A stretch of DNA of 64,000 nucleotides from Macrostomum lignano (lineage: Eukaryota): positions 62,001 to 126,000 of the forward strand of contig NIVC01001403.1 of assembly GCA_002269645.1 (NCBI GenBank), in the 5' to 3' direction. The notes beneath the pieces were generated by a model. It was not told where the DNA came from and searched no databases. It saw only the letters and a list, made by a program, of their open reading frames with translations. Both the position numbers and the translations under genes were made by a program. Position 1 is the stretch's first letter. Each line of letters starts with the position of its first letter. Shown one piece after another: positions 34,001 to 44,499 of the stretch.

Positions 34001-37000
34001 TTGCTAGACTAGGGAAATATGGATTGCTAGACTAGGGAAATATGGATTGCTAGACTAGGGAAATATGGATTGCTAGACTAGGGAAATATGGATTGCTAGA
34101 CTAAGGAAACATGGATTGCTAGACTAAGGAAACATGGATTGCTAGACTAGGGAAATATGGATTGCTAGACTAGGGAAATATGGATTGCTAGACTAGGGAA
34201 ATATGGATTGCTAGACTAGGGAAATATGGATTGCTAGACTAGGGAAATATGGATTGCTAGACTAGGGAAATATGGATTGCTAGACTAGGGAAATATGGAT
34301 TGCTAGACTAGGGAAATATGGATTGCTAGACTAGGGAAATATGGATTGCTAGACTAGGGAAATATGGATTGCTAGACTAGGGAAATATGGATTGCTAGAC
34401 TAGGGAAATATGGATTGCTAGACTAGGGAAATATGGATTGCTAGACTAAGGAAACATGGATTGCTAGACTAGGGAAATATGGATTGCTAGACTAGGGAAA
34501 TATGGATTGCTAGACTAGGGAAATATGGATTGCTAGACTAGGGAAATATGGATTGCTAGACTAGGGAAATATGGATTGCTAGACTAGGGAAATATGGATT
34601 GCTAGACTAGGGAAATATGGATTGCTAGACTAGGGAAATATGGATTGCTAGACTAGGGAAATATGGATTGCTAGACTAGGGAAATATGGATTGCTAGACT
34701 AGGGAAATATGGATTGCTAGACTAGGGAAATATGGATTGCTAGACTAGGGAAATATGGATTGCTAGACTAGGGAAATATGGATTGCTAGACTAGGGAAAT
34801 ATGGATTGCTAGACTAGGGAAATATGGATTGCTAGACTAGGGAAATATGGATTGCTAGACTAGGGAAATATGGATTGCTAGACTAGGGAAATATGGATTG
34901 CTAGACTAAGGAAACATGGATTGCTAGACTAAGGAAACATGGATTGCTAGACTAGGGAAATATGGATTGCTAGACTAGGGAAATATGGATTGCTAGACTA
35001 GGGAAATATGGATTGCTAGACTAGGGAAATATGGATTGCTAGACTAGGGAAATATGGATTGCTAGACTAGGGAAATATGGATTGCTAGACTAGGGAAATA
35101 TGGATTGCTAGACTAGGGAAATATGGATTGCTAGACTAGGGAAATATGGATTGCTAGACTAGGGAAATATGGATTGCTAGACTAGGGAAATATGGATTGC
35201 TAGACTAGGGAAATATGGATTGCTAGACTAGGGAAATATGGATTGCTAGACTAGGGAAATATGGATTGCTAGACTAGGGAAATATGGATTGCTAGACTAG
35301 GGAAATATGGATTGCTAGACTAGGGAAATATGGATTGCTAGACTAGGGAAATATGGATTGCTAGACTAGGGAAATATGGATTGCTAGACTAGGGAAATAT
35401 GGATTGCTAGACTAGGGAAATATGGATTGCTAGACTAGGGAAATATGGATTGCTAGACTAGGGAAATATGGATTGCTAGACTAAGGAAACATGGATTGCT
35501 AGACTAGGGAAATATGGATTGCTAGACTAGGGAAATATGGATTGCTAGACTAGGGAAATATGGATTGCTAGACTAGGGAAATATGGATTGCTAGACTAGG
35601 GAAATATGGATTGCTAGACTAGGGAAATATGGATTGCTAGACTAAGGAAACATGGATTGCTAGACTAGGGAAATATGGATTGCTAGACTAGGGAAATATG
35701 GATTGCTAGACTAGGGAAATATGGATTGCTAGACTAGGGAAATATGGATTGCTAGACTAAGGAAACATGGATTGCTAGACTAGGGAAATATGGATTGCTA
35801 GACTAGGGAAATATGGATTGCTAGACTAGGGAAATATGGATTGCTAGACTAGGGAAATATGGATTGCTAGACTAAGGAAACATGGATTGCTAGACTAGGG
35901 AAATATGAATTGCTAGACTAGGGAAATATGGATTGCTAGACTAGGGAAATATGGATTGCTAGACTAGGGAAATATGGATTGCTAGACTAGGGAAATATGG
36001 ATTGCTAGACTAGGGAAATATGGATTGCTAGACTAGGGAAATATGGATTGCTAGACTAGGGAAATATGGATTGCTAGACTAGGGAAATATGGATTGCTAG
36101 ACTAGGGAAATATGGATTGCTAGACTAAGGAAACATGGATTGCTAGACTAGGGAAATATGGATTCCTAGACTAGGGAAATATGGATTGCTAGACTAGGGA
36201 AATATGGATTGCTAGACTAGGGAAATATGGATTGCTAGACTAGGGAAATATGGATTGCTAGACTAGGGAAATATGGATTGCTAGACTAGGGAAATATGGA
36301 TTGCTAGACTATTCAAACGACTATCAAAAGCTCGCCATACCGCTGCTATCCAACGTGCCCCGCTCCATCAGCCACTCGGTCAGGGCTGCCTGAGCGGTGC
36401 GGCCGAGTTGACGCCGCAGGTGTAGCGGCAGCGACTCCTCCAACAGGGCGGCGTTGGCCCGTCGTGTTAGTCGAGACGCCGCATCCACTGGCAGACGGCG
36501 AAGACGTCGACGTGGGGGAAAATGGCGAGACTGCTGAGAAGGCTGCGACTGGGATTCAGCTGGAATGGTGAGGTCAGCGTGGGTGAAAATTAAAGTGCAG
36601 ATGCAGCAGCCGATTGACAATCCAACTATCAGAGTAGAGTGACAATCTGACTACAGAGTGACAATCTGACTATCAGAGTGACAATTTGACTATCAGAGTG
36701 ACAATTCGACTATGAGAGTGACAATCTGACTATCAGAGTGACAATTTGACTATGAGAGTGACAATTTGACTATCAGAGTGACAATTTGACTATCAGTGAC
36801 AATCTGACTATCAGAGTGACAATTCGACTATGAGAGTGACAATCTGACTATCAGAGTGACAATCTGACTATGAGAGTGACAATTCGACTATGAGAGTGAC
36901 ATCTGACTATCAGAGTGACAATTTGACTGTCAGAGTGACAATCTGACTATCAGAGTGACAATCTGACTATGAGAGTGACAATTTGACTATCAGAGTGACA

Positions 37001-38576
37001 ATCTGACTATCAGAGTGACAATTCGACTATCAGAGTGACAATCTGACTATCAGAGTGACAATCTGACTATCAGGACTAAAATCTGGTGAGTTTTAACTTC
37101 AATAGTATACACCTGGCGCATACCTGAGCAGTCGGCAGTGGACTGAGTATTATCCCGCAAAATGACGGCCAGATTCTGTTTAAAATCTGCCAGCGCCAAT
37201 TCAGCCTGGGATCTGTCACCGGAATCGGAAGCGATAGCAGCGCGACCCGAGCCGGCGGATTGGGCCAGGCCACGGCCAAGACGGCGAACTTCTGACACCA
37301 GACTGGGCGACTTGGCGAGGCAGGTGGACAGCAGGTTGTCTGAAGAGGGTTAGGGTGATGCTGCAGATAAGCTTTCATGTGAGCAGTGAGGATCTGGGAG
37401 TGCGGCAGGTGCTCAGCAACTGAGGATCTGGGAGTGCGGCAGGTGGCCCAGCAACTGAGGATCTGGGAGTGCGGCAGGTGGCCCAGCAACTGAGGATCTG
37501 GGAGTGCGGCAGGTGGCCCAGCAACTGAGGATCTGGGAGTGCGGCAGGTGGCCCAGCAACTGAGGATCTGGGAGGAATAAAAGTACTCAAAGTAGGCCAC
37601 TCACCAACAGACGCAGGTAAGTCGATGCTGTCATCATCGGAGCCGCTGCTCACTTGAGCCTCCAAGTTGCACGCAGCGGTGAAGCGGGCGTCAATGAAGC
37701 TCTGCAGTTGGCTCACCGCTGTAGTTGGCGAAATTTCTGCATTGTTGAAAAAATGAAAATAAAGCAGTTGCAGCACCATTGTGTAGGAGAATCCATCTTA
37801 GATAAGTAGGGACCTGAGCGGAGTGAACTATTGCTCACTCGGTAAATATAGGGACCTGAGCGGAGTGAACTATTGCTCACTCGGTAAATATAGGGACCTG
37901 AGCGGAGTGAACTATTGCTCACTCGGTAAATATAGGGACCTGAGCGGAGTGAACTATAGCTCATTCGGTAAATATAGGGACCTGAGCGGAGTGAACTATT
38001 GCTCACTCGGTAAAAATAGGGACCTGAGCGGAGTACTGGCATAAATAGAACAATGCATTAAAACTACATATATTGCACACCTGCATCTGTTCCATTGACT
38101 TCAGAAGCTTTATCAGCCGGTTTGCTGCTAGCAGATGCATTGGCAACAACAACAGCAGAAGCAGTATCAGAAGAGGCTGGCAAGCACCGCGTCAGAGCCA
38201 CCTGAGTCTCCGATAGCAGACAATCTGCCAAATCGTCAAGCGATGAATCTCCATTTCCAGCATCCTCATTGCTGGCATTGTTATTAAACTCCTCGGCGGC
38301 CTTGCAAACTTCATCAAGCTGCTTAGCTAGGCTAGCCAGATTCAGCTTAGCAATCTTGTCCACCGAGGCGCAAATGGCAGCTTCACTGGGCTGCCCATCG
38401 CTAGATGACGGTGCCAGTTTCCGCTTCCGGTTGCCATTTCCCGTCTGGCTGGAACTGCCATCCAGGCCAGATTGGGTCAGCCGGTTCAAAAAGTTGGACA
38501 CTTCATCGGCTGCTGTGGCCGAGGCTGCATCAACCTCGGGCATGTCCGGGCCATTGCCCAGCTTGGAGGTGAGCAT
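28097..38576 (-). CDS. About 1058-aa protein with a C-terminal region resembling the TASOR/FAM208 (HUSH) alpha-beta and PIN-like domains; exons 38576-38081, 37736-37605, 37339-37124, 36559-36341, 33584-32982, 32348-31903, 30938-30566, 29765-29175, 28197-28097
   Basis: Nine exons join through GT-AG junctions with fully consistent phases (1,1,1,1,1,0,1,1), totalling 3177 nt. C-terminal motifs: CADLASRLTSLGHRQCDP, LPGLLELRKRRDVRF, IFPVTGG, RWPIGIRARDLRRLRD, LLGCVDGLAELQ, LAEFGCETATVGQLL. The gene model is well supported; the family call is from recalled motifs and the start codon is uncertain. Confidence 0.65.
28240..29100. repeat. 21-bp minisatellite (CACCTGCTGTTTCCTGTCTGT), last intron of the TASOR-like gene
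   Basis: Direct periodicity; source of several artefactual ORFs. Confidence 0.93.
29840..30545. repeat. 28-bp minisatellite family A, second array
   Basis: Same unit and orientation as 26930-27480. Confidence 0.92.
31175..31430 (+). mobile_element. 5'-truncated tRNA-derived SINE with a CORE-like domain
   Basis: B-box GGTTCGATTCC at 31203-31213; CACCCAGCTGTAAAATGGGTA at 31232-31252 resembles the conserved CORE-SINE motif; (TAT)n-like tail at 31411-31429; no A-box seen. Confidence 0.55.
31440..31755. repeat. 28-bp minisatellite family A, third array (GACCCTGAAA variant)
   Basis: Same GAGGATCWGGGAGGCTG core. Confidence 0.9.
32530..32930. repeat. Degenerate ~25-bp repeat (GGGAATTAGCTGAATTGGGAGATTT)
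   Basis: Diverged copies visible. Confidence 0.8.
33612..36310. repeat. 23-bp minisatellite (TAGACTAGGGAAATATGGATTGC), about 117 near-identical copies
   Basis: Direct periodicity; it fills nearly the whole intron 33585-36340. Confidence 0.97.
36625..37075. repeat. 20-bp minisatellite (GAGTGACAATYTGACTATCA)
   Basis: Direct periodicity. Confidence 0.93.
37385..37575. repeat. 35-bp derivative of family A (CTGAGGATCTGGGAGTGCGGCAGGTGGCCCAGCAA), about 5 copies
   Basis: Family A unit with a 7-bp internal expansion. Confidence 0.88.
37805..38035. repeat. 42-bp minisatellite (GGGACCTGAGCGGAGTGAACTATTGCTCACTCGGTAAATATA), about 5.5 copies
   Basis: Direct periodicity; internal GAGTGA...TCACTC stem. 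Confidence 0.92.
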
Positions 38577-39529
38577 GTGACAGCTGCTGCTGTTTGACTC
38601 TCGAGTTGCAGGTGAAAGTTTTAATAAATTGATTGACTTGGCACTGGGAGAGCAAAAGTTGCAGCATAAATGCAGCAGCAAGTAATTCAATACAATTGTG
38701 AAAATATACAACCCTTTAGATTCAATTTAGCAGCTATAAGGAGGAAACTGTCAGAGTCAGATGCAGATAAACATTGATTTTAAGTATTTCTTTATTGCAG
38801 AATTTTCTACAGCTTCTATAATACTTTATGAAGATAGGAAATTTTAAAAAGCAATTTAGTGCTAAGTGATACCTGATTTTGAAGAGGCTTAGTGTGTATA
38901 GATTTCTATTAAATATACCTAGACTATTGTGATAATATCTTTAAGATTTGTGCCATTTAAATAAATGCCAATTCATCAAATTAACACTATCAAAATTTTG
39001 GCTTTCTAAAAAATTAGGCTGCAACAAAAGTTTTGAGCATTTTTGAGCATTTTGAGCACCCTATCCATAGCCCATAGTCCAGATCATGGCAGGCGTAGGC
39101 TGGAATGAAAATTCATGTTTTTTAAATTTTATGCTGACATAAAATAAAAAATTTTTCACACCAAGACTAAAATTGTTTATATGCCATTTTTTCAAAGCAT
39201 ATATATTTTTAGGAATTCAAAACTTTTATTTAACTTTAAAATGGCTGTTTTTTTTGCTAAAAACTGAATATTGTTTGTTTTAATTTGGCCTTTCTTATAA
39301 TTTTACATTATTATTTTCAATTTTAGTTTCCAATTATTTTTAAAGAGCTTTCAATGTTGGTTGATATTTAACTACACAATTACACTAGCCTTGAACTTGG
39401 CTATTTTTGTATGCCGACTGTGTACACTTCATGTCAAACCTGAAAATTCTATATGCCAAGTGTATGCCAAGATTGTCAGCGAGACCAAAAATATGCCGGA
39501 AAATTCTGGCGAAAAGGCCACCTTCGAAT

Positions 39530-40640
39530 GAGTATAACTTTGGCTGTCAACTTTTCTATCAACTATTCCATTAACTTTCTGTCAACTATTCCATTAACTT
39601 TTCCATCAACTATTCCATTAACTTTCTATCAACTATTCCATTAACTTTTTCATCAACTATTCCATTAACTTTTCTATTAACTATTCCATTAACTTTCTGT
39701 CAACTATTCCATTAAATTTTCCATCAACTTTTATGTCAACTGTTTCATGAACAATTATGCAAGTCTGTTAACTAGATTCCATCAAATTTTCTGTGTACTC
39801 TGAATGGAAAGTGATATTTTTCTGTATAAATGCAGACTTTTCCTTTGCAATTTTTTATGCATGCTTAAATTGGTTGAGTATTTATGTATATGTATAAATT
39901 ATAAATAAATAACACACATGCAATTTTTTTTGTGTGAATTTAAATGGTATTGCTGCACTATTTGCACTATATCTGCACTTGTTTTATCGATTCATCTTTG
40001 GTAACTAGGGTAAATGGAAAAGATGCACGTTTTTACTAATGTAGGCTTGTTTTTTCATTGATATATAAGCATACAAACAGTCAATAAATGAGCAAAGAGC
40101 TACTTGCATGATGATCCTATTTGACAAAGTCACATGTTTCTCCAAACATTAAATTGCACTTTAATGAATGCATTTAAAGTGCAACACTATACTTTTTTTA
40201 ATTAAATACATAGGTCGCTAGAATTTTGCCTATCCCCTAAAAAATATTGAAAGAGTTCTAATCAAATTATTTTTGATTAATTAAAGTACAATAAACATGT
40301 CCTGCTAACAGTTAACTACATATGCTCACACAAGGACTTCTAGATTTACTAGACCAACTAGTTAGTCTAGAAGTCCTTGTGCTCACAATTTACAAATAAA
40401 AATAACATTAATGTATGAGCTTGGATGTCATACAGAATTATTTCATAAAAGTTGATGGATAAAGTTGAAGGAAAAGTTGACAGAAAAGTTAATAGAGAAG
40501 TTTATAGAAAAGTTGATGGAAGAGCTAACAGAAAAGTTGACAGATAAAGTTGTGTACCCAACTTATAGGAAAAGTTGATGGAAAAGTTAACAGAAAAGTT
40601 AATGGAAAAGCTGAAAGAAAAGTTGATGGCCAAAGTTATA
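39530..40640. mobile_element. Foldback/MITE-like element with repetitive inverted arms (39530-39760 and 40440-40640)
   Basis: GAGTATAACTTTGGCTGTCAACTTTT versus AAAAGTTGATGGCCAAAGTTATA; the TCAACTATTCCATTAACTTT repeats are mirrored by AAAAGTTGATGGAAAAGTT repeats. Confidence 0.6.
40330..40380. mobile_element. 51-bp hairpin insertion with perfect 15-bp TIRs (ACAAGGACTTCTAGA) and a GCTCAC flanking duplication
   Basis: GCTCAC at 40324-40329 and 40381-40386 flanks an exact inverted repeat. Confidence 0.6.
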
Positions 40641-42432
40641 TTTGTACCTTCCTGACTATGTCCCATACCACAGGGCCTAGTCCAGATCATGCTGGGTGCA
40701 TGCCTGAACAAAAATTGAATAATTACAAATGCACACCAGAAAAAATGTAGTGCATGCCCATTCTAAAAAATATGCCAGTGTTGCAACAATAAATGACCTT
40801 TTTTACGTTGTGACAATAAAATACTTTTTTTTAAATTAGGCCTACATAATAAACCCCTATTACCAAATAATTTGGTTGCTTTTTATGCTTTTTTGGCAAT
40901 ACTATTTATAGCAGAAAATTTAAACACTCAAAGATTTGTTTAAATACCCTTTTAAGAGCTTGAAAAAACTAGAAAGCTTGAAATTTGCACTTAAAAATGA
41001 ACTTTTTCATCTTTTTTCTACTTCACAATAACTTTTACACATGATTCTATAAAGTTCACACTAGGTGTGCACGCACACTATCTTCTCAGGAGTGATGCAC
41101 ATTGCACGCCAACTGTGCACGCCTAATTTTGGCATGCAAGGCCAATGCACACCCAAATTTTTGGGCATAGGCCTATACTATATGATCCAGTCCAGAGTGT
41201 GGGTCCCATCCCATAGCCATAGGCATAGGGTCTTACTTTAAGGGATATAGACTAGAAAAAACTTTTTAAAATATATTTAGATATTAGTATTTAATAAAAT
41301 CTTGTCTTAAAAGTTTTTAAAACTACAAAAACTTTTAGGCCTATGTTTATACCAACAAAAAACCCAATGTAGGCTTTATATTTGACAAGTCATACCTCAT
41401 AGGACCCCCACCCCACTAAAGTCCCTATGCCAGGTAACAAAAATCATGACATGATGCCAATTGATGGTCATGCTGATGCCTATGAGGACTAAAAAGTGGT
41501 TTGGCAAAAAATTAAAGATTCAGACCTAAAGATTTTAAAGACCTAGACCTAGGCCTAGTCAAAGCAAAGAAACTAGTATAGGTCTAGTTCAATTTAATGC
41601 ACTGGATATTTATGTAATTAAAAGGAAGTTGTTTGATTGGCGATTACACTAGGCCTACTGACTAGGTTAGCCTAACATGTTAGACGAAGTGTTTAACTTC
41701 GTTGAAAAATGAAACTCTCCATAACCATAACTAGAGGGAGATACGTGCTATAAAGTTTTTATTATTGAATGACAATCGCCAAGAAGAAAGTGAAAAATTG
41801 TGCTAAGTTAGGTTGTTAAGGCAGTCAAATATTAACAGAGTTTAATATTTATACTGCTGTTTTTCTTGGAATTCCGAACCGATTCTGGTTCTGGAATTGG
41901 TAATGTGAAAAGGCCCATTGAGAGATTCCGCGCGCTCTTTATTAAGTAGTAAGAGAATTTGGCTCAGGCAATTAGCCTGTTTGGCCAATATATTATAGAG
42001 CTATGTATTTGGAATTTTCGAATATAGAAGTTTATAAAGACGATTTGACGACGATTTGCTGAGTTATTGTAAAAGATAAAGTATTTGAAAGCGCGCCAGA
42101 ATTTTTACGGTATTTTTAGACGAAAAGTGACGACTAACAACTAACGAGTATAAATATTAATACAAAAATGAGTACAAATTACGAGGTATAGCTTTAATTG
42201 CGAGATTACTTTGGTAAGCGAGTTTGTAAAAAAAAAAGATGTAGTATTTTTGAAAGCGCGTGATATTTCAAAGCGTGAAAAACGAACATAAACAATACTT
42301 CGAAAGAATTTTACTTTTAACGAATAACGACGATTTAAATATAGGAAATTAAAAAAGACAGTAAATGAATAAACAACTGAAAAGCGGATTTGTTACACTG
42401 CTGATGTATCTGATTCAGTTTGTTTAACTGTT

Positions 42433-42867
42433 TTAGCTATTCATGACTTCATATATTTTAGCTACACCAGTGAGCTCTTTTCTGACTCTTTTTTCATTTG
42501 TAGCATATCCTATCTTGTGTATTTGATTGCTATTTAAGAGGTATTGACAGAAGTATTTTTTCCTGATCTCTTCAGTTTGTGGACATTCGGTCAAGTAGTG
42601 TAGAATGTCAGAACCATTTCGCGCTCCACACATTTTACATGGTTCTTGAGAAAAAAAGTTGGGTGTAATCTCGCATTTCAGTTTTAGGAGGGTTGTTAAG
42701 AATTTTTTGTTTCTAAATGTACATGGAAAGAAATCTGAAAGGTCGGGCCTGCAGATTTTTTTGTAGAGATAGGCGTTTTTGTAGAGTTTAATATGTTGCT
42801 GATTCTCTAGCTTTTGGCTAAGTTCTCTTTCTCTGTGTATCTTGAGGTGCTTTTTCCAAAGCATCAT
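42433..42867 (-). mobile_element. 3' fragment of a non-LTR retrotransposon ORF2 (post-RT CCHC domain)
   Basis: IKLYKN...LTTLLKLK...CKMC-x9-H-x4-C-PQTEEIRKKYF matches the LINE C-terminal zinc-knuckle pattern; no RT is visible upstream. Confidence 0.6.
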
Positions 42868-44499
42868 TTTCCCAAAGCTTTAATAACGAGAAATACCTAG
42901 TGAAAAAGACCTGGCGAAAATGATGTTTTTAAATTGCTTCATGATGACTCACTCGTTATTTCACGATGTTTTTTATAATATATTATAAATGCACTTTTCA
43001 TTACAATTTTGCACTTCAAAAGTCTATGCTCTTACCTTTTAGTATTGCAATGGCCGCCCTAACTTTATAACTTAAGAGGAATCAATCTTCATTCGTCCAA
43101 ATAAACTGCATACCAGTTTAATATAGTATTCGTTTCTTCTTGAAGCCAAAATCTTATTTAGAGCCTACATTATATTTTAATTGCAGATACGTAAAGACTA
43201 AAGATTATGTATATTTATGTTATTTTCTAGTAATCGTGCATACATGTTTATCGGCCAATCGTCCTAAAGAGCCTAAAAATAACTATAAAAATTAGGTTAC
43301 TTACTTTCTTATGTATTTATAATTTATCATTTTGCAAGAGCTGCACCTGATATTAAAAAACGTATTCATTCACGCATTTACATGTAGCTACTCCAAAAAA
43401 GCACATTCTGACAATTGCATTCGGAAAGATTCGCGTATACCGAAACCTATACATTTAAATTTTTAATTAAGATCACAGTTTAGTTGACTTAATTAGTTAT
43501 ATAATAAAGCAGGGGATATATACATGTACGTAACAACTGAGGCAGGTTCGCATTATCGCTACACCTTGCATGTACAAGCGTACATGTACGAGTAGCAGCG
43601 TAAGTCATAAAAAAGATTTATAGATCGAGTTTGTCCCAACAACCACCGTGTGAGACAGCAGAATTGTACATTGGTTGCCCAATAATTGCATAAATTTTCT
43701 CCCGGTGAAATGCTGGCACTTGATTATTGCATACGTATGCATACATCTTTGCTAAGTTATTTTAATGTGCGTTCATCAAAAATTAAATTTATTCATCACC
43801 CATATTGACCCAATAAAGATTTTCTAGTGGTAGTGATAAAATCGAAACTTTGCTAGCTGAAGCCTATAGTGTCGTATACAACCAAAGTATAAGTTCTAGT
43901 TAAACACATAGGTTGTAATAAAAATTTCAAGGTAGAACAGTTGAAAAATACTGAAAAATTTTTGAGATAAAACGATTAATTTTTTAAGAAGTTATATTAG
44001 TTTGTTTAAACTGAATAAGAAAGTTTAAAATACCAACTGATTTCCTGGAACAGCCCGCGCTGGGAACGGTCGAACGAAGTGTCAGTGTCAGCAAATGCTG
44101 AAAATGCTGATTGCATCGGCAGCACTTTTGCACTTTAGCTACCTAAGGATTATTGATACTTGAAAATGAATTGATAAAAGAATTTACTAATTTAAGAAAT
44201 GTATATTGTTTTATACATTTTTTAGTTTAAAATGTATTAAATTGCTTCTTACAATTTTATTTCTAATAGAAATTTTCTATGCTATGTCACGTATCTGACT
44301 GATGTTCCGATGGAATGGTATCAATAAAACATTGTCATTAATTGGCCTGGTTGGCTCTCTTATATTACCTCATCTTAGATCCTATCTTATTTCACTTAAA
44401 ACTAAAAGCGCTATACTTGTCAAACTATTTCCAATTGCCAATTAGATTGATTTAAAAATGCAATATAATAGAAATCAGGTAAAGTAGCTTGCTTGGCAA

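Noticed and set aside
41700-44400. Spliced-leader RNA or snRNA gene
   Set aside because: I could not identify a leader-plus-GT-plus-Sm-site arrangement or any recognisable snRNA sequence.
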